Source: Caedibacter taeniospiralis
GTDB taxonomy: Bacteria > Pseudomonadota > Gammaproteobacteria > Francisellales > Francisellaceae
DNA: 32,000 nucleotides
NCBI RefSeq assembly: GCF_002803295.2
Contig: NZ_PGGB02000011.1
Span: 7,246 to 39,245 of the forward strand
Reading direction: 5' to 3'
Shown here: in pieces, positions 1 to 11,015 of the stretch
Numbering within the stretch: position 1 is the first letter of the stretch
How the letters are laid out: every line of letters starts with the position of its first letter
Notes under the pieces: model-generated
Told to the model about the DNA's origin: nothing
The model's database searches: none
What the model saw: only the letters and a program-made list of their open reading frames with translations
Position numbers and translations under genes: made by a program

Positions 1-953
1 CTCCTGTTGGTTATTCTATCTTCTACAACATCCATTAATATATCGGTTGCATTGATTCCACTTTCATTATAAATCTGTTGAGCCATGGTTGGACTCGTTA
101 TATTAATTTCCGTTAAACGATTCCCAATGACATCAATACCTGCAAATAACACACCACTTTCTTTAAGATCTTTGCCGACGATAGCTGCTATTTCAAACTC
201 TTCAGCAGTGAGCTTTCTAACAACTGGAGTCGCACCTCGTGCTAAGTTACCGCGACTGTCATCTTTACTTGGGATACGTGCAACCAAATACTCAAGCGGT
301 TCACCATCAACAATTAAGATGCGCTTATCACCCTCTTTAATGGCTGCCTGGTACTCTTGCACCATAATAAACCGAGATTCATATCTGGTAATCGTTTCCA
401 GGATTACATTTTTATTTGGGTCATTCGGCTGAATGCGGAAAATAGACTCTCCTCCCATACCATCTAATGGTTTAACCACGACATCTTGATAGCGTTCAAT
501 AAAGTCTTTAATCACCTTAAATGAACGACTGACCATAGTTTTTGGCGTAAGATTTGGGTAACGTGTGATCGAGAATTTCTCATTGGCATCACGCAGGGTT
601 TGTGGCTTATTGATGATTAGCGCGCCTTGTTTTTCAGCTAACTCAAGGATGTAGGTAGCATAGACGAACTCCATATTAAATGGGGGATCTTTGCGCATAA
701 AGATTGCGTCAAACTCACCGAGTTTCATCTTGTCTCCAGGGGTCAACTGATACCATTTGTTATGCTCTTTTGAACCAGTTAGTATCAACTCATAACCCTG
801 TCCGTAAGCCACACCATCCTCAACAAAGATATCCTGGAGCTCGAATACATACTGCTGCCATTCCTTCTTTGCCACTGACAGCATCATCATATAAGCCGTG
901 TCTTTTTTGATGTTAAATGTATGTAATGGATCAATAATAAATGCAACTTTCAT
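1..953 (-). CDS. gshB: Glutathione synthetase, C-terminus truncated by window edge
   Basis: Absent from the ORF track because it is open at the window edge. Reverse complement from 953 reads MKVAFIIDPLHTFNIKKDT... and continues with ...FDAIFMRKDPPFN..., ...INKPQTLRD..., ...VVKPLDGMGG..., typical GshB motifs. Confidence 0.95.
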   Translation of the reverse strand, partial: MKVAFIIDPLHTFNIKKDTAYMMMLSVAKKEWQQYVFELQDIFVEDGVAYGQGYELILTGSKEHNKWYQLTPGDKMKLGEFDAIFMRKDPPFNMEFVYATYILELAEKQGALIINKPQTLRDANEKFSITRYPNLTPKTMVSRSFKVIKDFIERYQDVVVKPLDGMGGESIFRIQPNDPNKNVILETITRYESRFIMVQEYQAAIKEGDKRILIVDGEPLEYLVARIPSKDDSRGNLARGATPVVRKLTAEEFEIAAIVGKDLKESGVLFAGIDVIGNRLTEINITSPTMAQQIYNESGINATDILMDVVEDRITNR

Positions 954-1067
954 TTTTTCCCCTGGTTAAGCATAAACACTGACGCTTATTCTAACACCAA
1001 CAGGCATTGATCAAAGAACTGATTACTAAACTTTTATGAAACCATCCCCTGGCAAATACGGTAGGAT

Positions 1068-1412
1068 TTACACTGAAAAAGAAGAACCACAGCCGCAAGT
1101 GGTTTTGGCATTTGGATTACGAATAATAAAATGCGCACCCTCAACATCTTCCTTGTAATCGATATCTGCACCAACAAGGTACTGAAAACTCATTGCATCC
1201 ACCAGCAGGTAGACTCCCTGGTTCTCAAAAATCATGTCATCTTCTTTTTGCGCTTCATCAAAGGTAAAGCCATACTGGAAACCAGAACAGCCACCACCTG
1301 TAATATATACGCGAAGTTTTAAATTATTACTCTCTTCTTCAGAAACGAGTTCTTTTACTTTTAAAGCAGCTGCATCAGTAAAATTCAGCGGTTGTACTTG
1401 TTGAACACTCAT
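1068..1412 (-). CDS. erpA: Iron-sulfur cluster insertion protein ErpA (A-type carrier)
   Basis: 114 aa; contains [11 protein letters not shown] and C-terminal [16 protein letters not shown] with the three A-type carrier cysteines. Confidence 0.93.
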   Translation of the reverse strand: MSVQQVQPLNFTDAAALKVKELVSEEESNNLKLRVYITGGGCSGFQYGFTFDEAQKEDDMIFENQGVYLLVDAMSFQYLVGADIDYKEDVEGAHFIIRNPNAKTTCGCGSSFSV

Positions 1413-1468
1413 CTTGCTTCCTTATTTTACTTTCTGGCTTTGACAAACTTACCACACACCTTTACAAA

Positions 1469-1500
1469 GGGCGTATGCAATGGGCGTATGCAATACGCCC
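1469..1500. repeat. Tandem 13-nt duplication GGGCGTATGCAAT x2, the second copy forming a hairpin
   Basis: GGGCGTATGCAAT at 1469-1481 and 1482-1494, then ACGCCC; GGGCGTAT-GCA-ATACGCCC is an 8-bp stem between pnp and erpA. Confidence 0.65.
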
Positions 1501-1556
1501 CTACTCACTTAATGCGTTTCATGGGGCGAAGACCTACTTTTTGTTTGTCATATTAC

Positions 1557-3632
1557 TTACTGCACAGGGGCAAGTTTAATCTTGCCCATACGATCAATAT
1601 TTTGCACCATGACTTTCATGTTTTTGCCTTCAGCCATCGTGTTTGGATTAACACCGATGCTCTCAAGCTCAGAAAATGGTAACAAGCCATCTTTTCCTGG
1701 CAGGATATTAACAAACGCACCAAAATCCAGGACTTTTACCACTTTACCATTATACGTCTGACCAACTTCGGCACTCGCTGTTAATGCCATAATCTCCTCA
1801 ATGGCGGCATTCAGTGCATCTTTGCTTCTTGCGAAAATTTTCACTTCACCATTGTCTGAAGTATCTATGGATGCTCCCGTTTTTTCAGTAATGCCTTTTA
1901 TGGTAACGCCACCTTTACCGATCACATCACGAATTTTACTTGGATCAATGGTAATAACTTCCACTTGAGGTGCATTATTTGAGGTTTCTAATTTATATTC
2001 AGATATCACTTCATTCATAATGCCCAAAATATGTAAGCGCCCTTCTTTGGCCTGATCCAAAGCTGCCTGCATGATCTTACGCGTAATACCCTTGATCTTG
2101 ATGTCCATTTGAAGGGCGGTGACACCATAACGCGTTCCAGCCACTTTAAAGTCCATATCGCCCAGATGATCTTCGTCACCCAGAATATCTGACAACACCG
2201 CGTACTTATCACCATCTTTAATAAGTCCCATGGCAATACCCGCAACAGGAGCAGCCAACGGAATACCTGCATCCATCATTGCTAAGGATGAACCACAAAC
2301 AGTGGCCATTGAGCTTGAACCATTTGACTCGGTAATTTCTGATACGACACGCACCACATAAGGATAAATTTCTTCGTTAGGGAAAACCGCTTGGGTTGCG
2401 CGTTTTGCCAGATTCGCATGCCCGATCTCACGACGTTTAGGTGTACCTATCATGCCCGTTTCACCCACTGAGAATGGGGGAAAATTGTAATGCAGCATGT
2501 AACGATTTTTCTTATCACCACTTAAAGTTTCAACTAACTGCGCATCGCGATCATTGCCTAAGGTTGCAACCACGAGAGCCTGTGTTTCGCCACGCGTAAA
2601 TAATGCAGATCCATGCGCCTTTGGCAATACCCCCGTGCGCACATTAATGGGTCTTACGGTACGCGTATCGCGTCCATCAATTCTTGGCAAACCACTTAAA
2701 ATGTTTTTGCGTACAACCTCTCTTTCGATGTCGTGGAAAATGCTTTTTATCTCTTCAACGGAAACTTCTTCGGACTCAGTTTCATCAGCGACAATCGTTT
2801 CAACCACCGTTTTTCTTAAATTATTGATCAACTCAACCCGTTTTTGTTTTTCGGTTTCTTGATATGCTGTTTTAATTTCACTATAGAAACGTGCTTTAAT
2901 CTGCTCGTTTAACGCCTTATTTTCGACCTTAGGCGTAAAACTCCAACGAGGCTTTGCTGCATACTTCGCCAAGTGATTAATCGCATCAATCACTACTTGC
3001 ATTTGTTGGTGACCGTATAACACAGCACCAAGCATGACCTCCTCTGGCAAGCTTTTCGCTTCCGATTCAACCATTAAGACAGCATCTTTAGTTCCTGCAA
3101 CAACCAAATCTAAGTCTGAAATCTCTAATTTGGCAAAGGAAGGGTTGATGACATACTGCCCATCAATAAAACCAACACGCACACCTGCTACGGGTCCCTC
3201 AAACGGCACTCCCGATAATACCAGCGAAGCCGAAGCACCGATCAGCGCTGGAATATCAGGGGGAACCTCAGGATCAAAGGATAACACGGTCGCTACAATC
3301 TGAACTTCATTATAAAAACCTTCAGGAAACAACGGTCGCAGTGGGCGGTCAATCAACCGAGCCGTCAATGTTTCATGCTCAGTTGGACGTCCTTCGCGAC
3401 GAGGAAAACCACCAGGAATCTTACCTGCTGCATACGACTTCTCTTGGTAATTCACTTTCAATGGGAAGAAATCAATACCTTGTTTAGCCTCTTTTTGCGC
3501 AGCAGTTGTTACTAATACAACGGTATCACCCACGGTAACCACCACGGATCCTGCGGCTTGACGCGCCATTGCACCTGTTTCTAAAGTTACCTGATGTTGT
3601 CCTAACTGAAAGACTTCTTTAAATATTTTCAC
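1557..3632 (-). CDS. pnp: Polyribonucleotide nucleotidyltransferase (PNPase)
   Basis: 691 aa; duplicated RNase PH domains ([41 protein letters not shown]), KH motif ([20 protein letters not shown]) and C-terminal S1 domain; downstream of rpsO as in most bacteria. Confidence 0.98.
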   Translation of the reverse strand: MKIFKEVFQLGQHQVTLETGAMARQAAGSVVVTVGDTVVLVTTAAQKEAKQGIDFFPLKVNYQEKSYAAGKIPGGFPRREGRPTEHETLTARLIDRPLRPLFPEGFYNEVQIVATVLSFDPEVPPDIPALIGASASLVLSGVPFEGPVAGVRVGFIDGQYVINPSFAKLEISDLDLVVAGTKDAVLMVESEAKSLPEEVMLGAVLYGHQQMQVVIDAINHLAKYAAKPRWSFTPKVENKALNEQIKARFYSEIKTAYQETEKQKRVELINNLRKTVVETIVADETESEEVSVEEIKSIFHDIEREVVRKNILSGLPRIDGRDTRTVRPINVRTGVLPKAHGSALFTRGETQALVVATLGNDRDAQLVETLSGDKKNRYMLHYNFPPFSVGETGMIGTPKRREIGHANLAKRATQAVFPNEEIYPYVVRVVSEITESNGSSSMATVCGSSLAMMDAGIPLAAPVAGIAMGLIKDGDKYAVLSDILGDEDHLGDMDFKVAGTRYGVTALQMDIKIKGITRKIMQAALDQAKEGRLHILGIMNEVISEYKLETSNNAPQVEVITIDPSKIRDVIGKGGVTIKGITEKTGASIDTSDNGEVKIFARSKDALNAAIEEIMALTASAEVGQTYNGKVVKVLDFGAFVNILPGKDGLLPFSELESIGVNPNTMAEGKNMKVMVQNIDRMGKIKLAPVQ

Positions 3633-3698
3633 TTGTTTGCCTTATTATCATTGTTTTGCGGTGTGTCGCGCGCTTAAACTATCCGATTCTCAAGCGCA

Positions 3699-3965
3699 CT
3701 ATCTACGTAAACTTAAGCGCTCAATCAAGACGCGATAACGCGCGATGTCTTTGCTTTTTAGATAGTCTAAAAGCTTGCGGCGTTGGCTGACCAGACGCAA
3801 TAAGCCTCGTCTTGAGTGGAAATCCTGCTTGTGCGTCTCAAAATGACCTTGAAGACCCTCAATGCGAGCCGTCAATAACGCAACTTGTACTTCTGGTGAG
3901 CCTGTATCGCCTTCTGAACGCTGATATTCAGTCACGATCGATTGTTTGTGCTCGGTGCTTAACAT
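3699..3965 (-). CDS. rpsO: 30S ribosomal protein S15
   Basis: 88 aa; [38 protein letters not shown]...[21 protein letters not shown]; adjacent to pnp. Confidence 0.98.
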   Translation of the reverse strand: MLSTEHKQSIVTEYQRSEGDTGSPEVQVALLTARIEGLQGHFETHKQDFHSRRGLLRLVSQRRKLLDYLKSKDIARYRVLIERLSLRR

Positions 3966-4107
3966 ATTATTTTCTCCTAAATTTTATTTCTTTTGTTAAA
4001 CTTCCCATAAAGATACTGAACAAATTTGAAATTTATCCAAACATCACGACAGTTTAGCAGCGCCGTATAATACATGCTTTTTAGAGAAACAACAAGCAAG
4101 CCAAAGC

Positions 4108-4761
4108 TTATTTTTTCCCAACTGAGTACTTTTGTTGGTACACTTTCATACGCTCAAGCAACTGTAATTCAATTTGTCCATTAAGCTTAAGATATTCAAT
4201 TAAATCACTTAGATTTGCCACCGCGTGTACAGGAAACTGATATTCCTCTTCGACCATTTTAACTGCTGAAAGCGCTTGATTTGGCGCAATTTCCTGGCGA
4301 TCCAATGCAACACAAACACCAACCACCTGTCCACCTTGCACCCCGATAACATTGATTGCCTCTTTGATTGCAGTCCCTGCGGTAATCACGTCATCTATGA
4401 TTAGTACTTTTTTATCCTTAATGTCAGCTCCAACTAAAGCCCCACCTTCACCGTGATCCTTTTTCTCTTTGCGGTTATAACAAAAACCGACATTTTTACC
4501 GTACTTGCTGTATAAAATCGATGCCACCAAAGCAGCCAGTGAAATTCCTTTGTAAGCAGGACCAAACAACACATGAAACTCAGCATTGACTGATATAATT
4601 TTAGCGGCGTAGCATTCAGCCAGCTGGTGTAAGGTTTTTCCTTGGTTGAACATGCCTGCATTAAAAAAGTAAGGGCTGATTCGCCCTGACTTCAATATAA
4701 ACTCACCAAATTTGAGGGCTGAGGCTTCAATGGCAGCATCAAAAAAACGATAATCTTTCAT
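4108..4761 (-). CDS. pyrE: Orotate phosphoribosyltransferase
   Basis: 217 aa; SGRISPYFFNAG, FGPAYKGISLA, YNRKEKKDHGEGG and PRPP loop VLIIDDVITAGTAI. Confidence 0.96.
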   Translation of the reverse strand: MKDYRFFDAAIEASALKFGEFILKSGRISPYFFNAGMFNQGKTLHQLAECYAAKIISVNAEFHVLFGPAYKGISLAALVASILYSKYGKNVGFCYNRKEKKDHGEGGALVGADIKDKKVLIIDDVITAGTAIKEAINVIGVQGGQVVGVCVALDRQEIAPNQALSAVKMVEEEYQFPVHAVANLSDLIEYLKLNGQIELQLLERMKVYQQKYSVGKK

Positions 4762-4851
4762 ACCTATTTAACTACTTCACTTGGGTTAAAGTGGCATTAC
4801 TATATATCACCCACGAGCGATTTTATAGTTGATTTTTTAGCGACGTGTAGC

Positions 4852-6675
4852 TTATCTAAAAGCATGCCAAATTTGATCGGCAATCTGTTTACTGATACCC
4901 TTGATTTTTGCGATTTCATCCACGGATGCCGCCGATAACTCCTGCCAGCCACCAAAGTGACGAAGTAGTGCTTGCCTTCGCTTACTACCAACCCCTGGAA
5001 TTGATTCTAATATTGATTCAGTCTGTCGTTTGGCAAGCTTTTTACGTTGAGCTTTAATCGCAAAATCGTGTGCGGCATCTCTGATTTGTCTTAGTAACAG
5101 AAAACCTGGATCATATTCTGGCAGGTGGTAAACATGATCATCAAAGCCAAGAAATATATCTTCCTTGCCACTGATCCGCTCTACGCCTTTGCCAAGACTG
5201 ACAAGTTGAATTCGCTCTTTTAAATTTTGTTGAATCATAACCTCTTGTGCTTTTCTTAGCTGCCCCTTACCACCGTCAATCACCATTACATCAGGCAGGT
5301 TATTTGCCTCCATCCCCGACTCAATCCGTCTTGTGACCGCCTGGGCAATGGCTGCATAATCATCCCCTGGCGTAATATTGTTGATGTTATAACGCCGATA
5401 AGCTGACTTTAGTGGTCCTGACTCATTAAAAACAACACAGGATGCTATCGTCGCCTCTCCCTGATGATGACTAATATCAAAACACTCAATGCGTTTTATC
5501 TCTGATTTATTAAGCCATTTTGCTAAAGCCACCATCCGCTCAGTAAATTGCTTTTTAGTATGAAAATTCATTTGTAATTTTTGTCGGGCGTTAACCATTG
5601 CAAGCTTTTGCCATTTGGCATTATCTGTACTAACCACATCTATCCACTTAATCTGACTGTCTGCCTTTTGATTAATGCTACTCAACAATTCTTTGGAAAT
5701 AGCAATATCCTTAGGCACGATAACTTCTTTTGGCCACAGGGTGCGAAACTCTGCCAGGTAATAGTGTGATAGGAAAGCATTAAGAATTTCAGCCTGTGAG
5801 TTTCCTTCAACCGTAACAAACCAGTGTTTATCATCCTCCACTTTCCCTTGCTGGATGCTTAATAAGCTAATACAGATTTTCTCTGACTCTTGCACTAAAC
5901 CAATAACATGGAAATTTTTATTGTTTGTCTTATCTAAAAACTGCTGCTGTTGTAGCTTTGTCAATAATATAAGCTGATCCCTTAGCTGACTTGCTTCCTC
6001 GAAAAGTTCATACTCAGAAGCCAGCTGCATTTTCTGTGAGACAGTCTCCAACACCGAGGTTAATTTACCGCTAATAAACTTTACCAATAAATCAACCTGT
6101 AATTTATATGCCTCTGGCGTAATTTTTCCGACACAAGGAGCACTGCAGCGCTTTATCTGATACTGCAGGCACGGGCGTGAACGGTTGCTATAGTAGCTAT
6201 CGTCACATTGCCTGATGGGAAATAATTTTTGCAATAAAACCAGCGTATCCTTCATCGATGACAATGATACATAAGGACCAAAGTAGAGTCCATTTTTGCG
6301 TGGCTTACCACGAAATCCAGTCAACCTTGGAAAGGTATGATCTGTCAGATGTAAATAAGGGTAGCTTTTGTCATCTTTGAATAAGATATTGTACTTGGGT
6401 TTATGCTTCTTAATTAATGTACTTTCCAGCAAAAACGCATCGTAATCACTTGGTGTCACGGTGACGTCAATAAAAGCAACCTGCTGAGCTAAAGTCTGCG
6501 TTTTAAGATCCTTAGCCCCTTTACTGAAGTAACTGTTGACGCGCTTATATAAATTCTTTGCTTTTCCAACGTATAAGATAGTATGTGCCTTATCATACAT
6601 GCGATACACGCCGGGATGTGTTGTAAGATTTTCCAAAAAAGAGACTAGATCAAAGGTGTCTTGCGTATTGAACAT
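4852..6675 (-). CDS. uvrC: Excinuclease ABC subunit C
   Basis: 607 aa; N-terminal GIY-YIG domain (PGVYRMYDKAHTILYVGKAKNLYKRV), ECFDISHHQGE motif, C-terminal HhH (LESIPGVGSKRRQALLRHFGG). Confidence 0.98.
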   Translation of the reverse strand: MFNTQDTFDLVSFLENLTTHPGVYRMYDKAHTILYVGKAKNLYKRVNSYFSKGAKDLKTQTLAQQVAFIDVTVTPSDYDAFLLESTLIKKHKPKYNILFKDDKSYPYLHLTDHTFPRLTGFRGKPRKNGLYFGPYVSLSSMKDTLVLLQKLFPIRQCDDSYYSNRSRPCLQYQIKRCSAPCVGKITPEAYKLQVDLLVKFISGKLTSVLETVSQKMQLASEYELFEEASQLRDQLILLTKLQQQQFLDKTNNKNFHVIGLVQESEKICISLLSIQQGKVEDDKHWFVTVEGNSQAEILNAFLSHYYLAEFRTLWPKEVIVPKDIAISKELLSSINQKADSQIKWIDVVSTDNAKWQKLAMVNARQKLQMNFHTKKQFTERMVALAKWLNKSEIKRIECFDISHHQGEATIASCVVFNESGPLKSAYRRYNINNITPGDDYAAIAQAVTRRIESGMEANNLPDVMVIDGGKGQLRKAQEVMIQQNLKERIQLVSLGKGVERISGKEDIFLGFDDHVYHLPEYDPGFLLLRQIRDAAHDFAIKAQRKKLAKRQTESILESIPGVGSKRRQALLRHFGGWQELSAASVDEIAKIKGISKQIADQIWHAFR

Positions 6676-6708
6676 GATAAGTTGTTATGATAGGAAACAA
6701 GTGGGTCT

Positions 6709-7359
6709 TTACCCTTGATTGCTTTCAAGATCTATGAGTTTATGCCGAATGGCTAAGTGTGTCAGCTCCACATCACTATCGATACCCAGCTTTTCAAACA
6801 AACGGTAACGATAACTATTGACCGTTTTGGGACTCAAACACAACTGATCTGCCACATCATTTACTTTTTGACCGCTAGTGATCATGATTAACACCTGCAT
6901 CTCACGCTCAGAGAGCGCATCAAACGGCGACTCATCGCTGTGGGTCAAATGTTTTAACGCAAGCTGTTGTGCAACTTCAGGCGAAAGATAGCGCCGCCCT
7001 GCATACACGGTTTTAATTGCCTGGATCATTTCATCCAAACTGGCACCCTTGGTCATATATCCACAAGCTCCAGCCTGCAACACACGACTTGGATAAGGCT
7101 CATCACCGTACACAGTAACCACTAATATTTTAATTTGAGGATAAACCTTGGCAATGCGCTTTGTCGCCTCTAAACCGCCCATTCCAGGCATTTTAACATC
7201 CATTAAAACAACATCTGGTAAGAGCCTTGACGCCAATGAAATTGCTTCTTCCCCACTGGCGGCTTCGCCAATAATCTCAATGGTATTAACATCGCTTAAC
7301 AGTTTTTTTATCCCTAGCCTCACTAATTCATGATCATCAACCAAAAGCACTCTTATCAT
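6709..7359 (-). CDS. GacA/UvrY/LetA-family two-component response regulator
   Basis: Receiver domain MIRVLLVDDHELVRLGIKKLL...DVVLMDVKMPGMGG and LuxR-type HTH (LSEREMQVLIMITSGQKVNDVADQLCLSPKTVNSYRYRLFEKL); immediately upstream of uvrC, the usual gacA/uvrY-uvrC arrangement. The supplied ORF extends to 7410, but MIRVLLVDD at 7359 is the likelier start. Confidence 0.93.
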   Translation of the reverse strand: MIRVLLVDDHELVRLGIKKLLSDVNTIEIIGEAASGEEAISLASRLLPDVVLMDVKMPGMGGLEATKRIAKVYPQIKILVVTVYGDEPYPSRVLQAGACGYMTKGASLDEMIQAIKTVYAGRRYLSPEVAQQLALKHLTHSDESPFDALSEREMQVLIMITSGQKVNDVADQLCLSPKTVNSYRYRLFEKLGIDSDVELTHLAIRHKLIDLESNQG

Positions 7360-7617
7360 TACATTGCTCCTATGTGTTAAGTCTATCTCCCAAGCCATAT
7401 ACGCGCTCACTGTCTAATGGCACTATCCATTTTTTCTCAAGGGTTATTCAGCAAAATCCTCAAGTCTATGTGCGCTAATGCGTGTTTCATTTGTGAGATT
7501 TCGCCCACAGTATAAACCAAAAACCCCCGCGATGCTGTAGAGATTTAGGCTTATTTTGCTTGTATTTCTGCTTTTTATTTGTAAGATGAGGCATTTACTA
7601 CATGGCAACCTCCGTAA

Positions 7618-8775
7618 ATGATTACGAATAATCAGGATTTGTGTACACTCGTTTTACAATTAATGCAGGAAAAAGTCATTGCACTTGATACCGAGTTTTA
7701 TTGGCGAAACACCTATTATCCTGAGCTATGCCTCATTCAGATAGCAACTGCTGACAATATCTACCTGATTGATCCCTTATCAAAGGAGCTTGACCTGAAC
7801 CTGCTGTGCCCTTTGTTTGCAAGCACCAACACGCTAAAAATTATGCACGCAGCGGAAAATGACATCAAAATTCTAAAGCATTGTTTAAGCTGTCAGTTCC
7901 AAGCGGTTTTTGATACACAAATAGCCATGGCATTTTTAGGACATGATCATCAGTTGTCCTTAGCACACACGCTAGCGTACTGTGGTTTTGGCGAGCTTAG
8001 TAAAGCTCATAAGTTATCAGACTGGCGCTACAGACCATTATCTGAGTCACAATTAAAGTATGCCCAAGGTGATGTTGCTCACTTAATTGCATGTCAGTCA
8101 TTACTCAATAACCAGCTTAAAAACACACCCTGGCTTGATGCCTTTTATCAAGAGATGGACATTATTCAACGTACTCAGTTTACTCATATCCGTGAGGCAC
8201 CCTATAAATTTAAACATCAACTAGCTCGCCTTAACCCTGACGCCCAAAAAAATCTCATCCTGTTGGCTATCTGGCGTGAACAATACGCACAACATAAAAA
8301 CAGAGTAACCCGCTATATTTTATCCGACCAGGAACTGATTAAGATTGCCAAACTCAATCCTCAGGATATTCAATCTCTTAGCAAAGATAAGTTACTTTCT
8401 CATAGTAAGATCCAGCGCCTTGGTCTTAGCATTATCCAAGCCCTTCATGCAACACAGCAAACACCTGAAGTTTCAGATTATACGGAAACACACAACTTTA
8501 AAATCAGCACCGCCCTCCTTCACTGCTGTTTTGATTATTTAAATAACCTTGCCACAGAGTTTAACTTACCGCTTGCACTAATTGCCTCAAAACATGACCT
8601 TAAGAAATTTCTGTATATGAAGATCGCCAAAGCGGAGAATACTCCCACATCAAAACTTGGCACTGGATGGCGACTTCAGCACTTTGGTCATGCAATTTAT
8701 GAATTTGCCCAGTGCCAACCTGAATTTTTTATTTTACCAAACAGCCTTTCTGAAAATGAGAAATTTGACGACTAA
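7618..8775 (+). CDS. rnd: Ribonuclease D
   Basis: 385 aa; DEDD exonuclease motifs (VIALDTEFYWRNTYYPELCLIQIA, MHAAENDIKILKHC, YAQGDVAHL) and HRDC-like C-terminus. Confidence 0.94.
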   Translation: MITNNQDLCTLVLQLMQEKVIALDTEFYWRNTYYPELCLIQIATADNIYLIDPLSKELDLNLLCPLFASTNTLKIMHAAENDIKILKHCLSCQFQAVFDTQIAMAFLGHDHQLSLAHTLAYCGFGELSKAHKLSDWRYRPLSESQLKYAQGDVAHLIACQSLLNNQLKNTPWLDAFYQEMDIIQRTQFTHIREAPYKFKHQLARLNPDAQKNLILLAIWREQYAQHKNRVTRYILSDQELIKIAKLNPQDIQSLSKDKLLSHSKIQRLGLSIIQALHATQQTPEVSDYTETHNFKISTALLHCCFDYLNNLATEFNLPLALIASKHDLKKFLYMKIAKAENTPTSKLGTGWRLQHFGHAIYEFAQCQPEFFILPNSLSENEKFDD

Positions 8776-8781
8776 GGTGCT

Positions 8782-9489
8782 CTATAACGCCAGACCAATG
8801 CGCCTGGCAACCTCTTTATAATGTCCAATGACATCACCTAAGTCTTGACGAAAACGGTCTTTATCAAAGACTTCCCTGGTTTTCCTGTCCCACAACCTGC
8901 AGCCATCTGGACTAAATTCATCGCCTAGTAGAATTTCATCATGAAAGCGACCAAATTCAAGCTTATAGTCAACCAGTAACAATCCAGAATCATCGAAGAG
9001 TTTAGATAATACTTCATTTACTTTGAATGTTGTTTTACGCATAAAGGCAATTTCAGACTCGCTCGCCCAGTTAAAAGCCAAAATATGTGATGTGTTGATC
9101 ATAGGATCACCCAAGGCGTCATCTTTTAGGAAAAACTCAAATATGGGCTCCACAAATTTCATGCCTTTTTCAATTCCTAAACGTTTGCAAATACCCCCTG
9201 CAGCATAATTACGCACGACGCACTCAACAGGGATCATCTTAAGCTTCTTCATAAGGCTTTCATTGTCGCTCAAGATTTTAACAAAGTGCGTTTTAACTCC
9301 TGCTTCCTCAAGCTTTTGCATAATATAGGCATTAAATAAATTATTAACCCGTCCTTTGTCTACCAAGCTCGCTTTTTTTACTCCATTAAAAGCCGTTGCA
9401 TCATCACGATATTCAATAACCACTTCATCCTGATGATCGCTACTGTAGACCGATTTTGCTTTTCCTTGGTATATAAGCTCTTTAACCAT
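8782..9489 (-). CDS. purC: Phosphoribosylaminoimidazole-succinocarboxamide synthase (SAICAR synthetase)
   Basis: 235 aa; IYQGKAKSVY, VRNYAAGGICKRLG, LVDYKLEFGRF, DEFSPDGCRLWD. Confidence 0.97.
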   Translation of the reverse strand: MVKELIYQGKAKSVYSSDHQDEVVIEYRDDATAFNGVKKASLVDKGRVNNLFNAYIMQKLEEAGVKTHFVKILSDNESLMKKLKMIPVECVVRNYAAGGICKRLGIEKGMKFVEPIFEFFLKDDALGDPMINTSHILAFNWASESEIAFMRKTTFKVNEVLSKLFDDSGLLLVDYKLEFGRFHDEILLGDEFSPDGCRLWDRKTREVFDKDRFRQDLGDVIGHYKEVARRIGLAL

Positions 9490-9490
9490 C

Positions 9491-10573
9491 CTAATTTACC
9501 TTTTGCTGCTTGTTACTAAGGGGAATATGAGATGCGATCACCGTCAAAACAGGTTTGGCTTTATCAATGGGAATCAATACTTGTTTCGTATCAAACAGCG
9601 ACACACGTAACTGTTTTTGCTCTTCCCTAAAGAAATTATGCCAGTTGCTCATATCACTAAACAGTGAACCATTTTGCGTATATGGATACAGGTATAAAAG
9701 ATAGCTTTGATTCTGAGCTGCGTCGTCAAACAAAATCGTCTGTTCTTTTTCATCATACGCTATATATTTAAACCCTCCTGCCTCAATTGCCTCTTTCAGT
9801 GCCGTCTGTACCATAGAAGCATCACCTACAAACACAATAGAGGCAACTTTATCATTCGTATACAGTTGGAACTTCAGCCCACTGCTTGTGCTAACAAAAC
9901 CAAATTGCGCCTTTATCAGCGTCGATTCGCTGACCTTTTGTCCTCTGATATGCTGATCAATCAGCTCAACGACTTGACTTGCTTCTTTTTCAACTGCGGG
10001 TTTTTCATCCATGGCAAACAGGGATAATTCAGCACGTCTGAACTCATTTTTTACCCGTGCGATATAGACATAATAAGCTATCCCTGTCGCTTTATTTTTA
10101 ACAATAAAACGACTGTTGTCCCTGTCTTCTTTTTCCAGCGTTAGCGATGGCAGTTTACTTTGCAAAGCTGCCTGAACAATGAGCCAGCTCAACTCATAAG
10201 GCTCATATATCATCAGTTTTGCCTGATCATCTTTATCATAGCTTAACTTAGTTGAAACGATGTAAAGCTGCTCTTGTTCAACCAGGCTGATATTATAGCC
10301 TGCGTCAAAATTAGGTGGCAGTAACGCATTTTGCGCAGCAGCCTGCTGATTTGTACTAAAGCTAGTTACGCCTTCTGGCACAACCAATGTTGGGTTTATA
10401 TTGGGATCTTGTGACACTGATTCTGGTATTTCCAGTGGCTTATTCTGCTGAACAGGCTGACGCGCGTAATCGAAGTCACGATTACGGAAAAAATGACTAA
10501 CCGAAGCACACCCCGCCAATGCACTCACACTTAATATTGCCAGCATACACAAGGTAATTTTATTAAATTTCAT
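9491..10573 (-). CDS. bamC: Outer membrane assembly lipoprotein BamC (NlpB family)
   Basis: Lipobox signal peptide MKFNKITLCMLAILSVSALAGC followed by FRNRDFDYARQPVQQNKPLEIP and LVVPEG; positioned 1 nt upstream of purC as in many gammaproteobacteria. Confidence 0.88.
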   Translation of the reverse strand: MKFNKITLCMLAILSVSALAGCASVSHFFRNRDFDYARQPVQQNKPLEIPESVSQDPNINPTLVVPEGVTSFSTNQQAAAQNALLPPNFDAGYNISLVEQEQLYIVSTKLSYDKDDQAKLMIYEPYELSWLIVQAALQSKLPSLTLEKEDRDNSRFIVKNKATGIAYYVYIARVKNEFRRAELSLFAMDEKPAVEKEASQVVELIDQHIRGQKVSESTLIKAQFGFVSTSSGLKFQLYTNDKVASIVFVGDASMVQTALKEAIEAGGFKYIAYDEKEQTILFDDAAQNQSYLLYLYPYTQNGSLFSDMSNWHNFFREEQKQLRVSLFDTKQVLIPIDKAKPVLTVIASHIPLSNKQQKVN

Positions 10574-10778
10574 GACTGTTTTACCTGGAAAAATGTAAGA
10601 GCATTATACACAAAGCAAACACTAATACGCACTGTATTTTAGCGTAAAAACCACGTTAATTACCGTCTCCCATTGCACAGGGGAACTCCAACTTAATAAC
10701 TTACCTCGTGATGAGCGTATTCACTCAATCCAATATTGATATATCCAGATACCAAGGGGATGTTATTAAGTTGGATAA

Positions 10779-11015
10779 CCCCAAAGCATGGCAATGGGCT
10801 TTACCAATATGATTATTATCGGTCTTGGAGGTCCAATACTCCAACCCGTCATTGGCTGGATATTAAGCTGGTATCAATCAGCCTATCAATGCACTGCCAA
10901 CACCCTTGATGGATTCCAAACCGCGCTGTTCCCAATCCTTGTCGGTTTAGTTATTGCTGTACTTCTTGTGTGTATTCCTGCAAAACCAATGATCTTTTGC
11001 AGTGTGTCTCTTTAA
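10779..11015 (+). pseudogene. C-terminal remnant of an MFS transporter
   Basis: The in-frame segment MAMGFTNMIIIGLGGPILQPVIGWILSWY...GFQTALFPILVGLVIAVLLVCIPAKP aligns by eye with the C-terminus of the neighbouring intact MFS protein (TAVGFNNMFVLLGVWFAQNLTGIVLGKF...YGYQVALTVGCSMFFAVAFVVGLLAIKET). In-frame stop at 10776-10778 and no N-terminal portion. Confidence 0.7.

Noticed and set aside
85-432. 115-aa plus-strand ORF at the window start
   Set aside because: Antisense to gshB, which runs off the window edge and is the real gene.
9707-10027. 106-aa plus-strand ORF inside bamC
   Set aside because: Antisense shadow ORF with low-complexity, cysteine-rich translation and no family resemblance.
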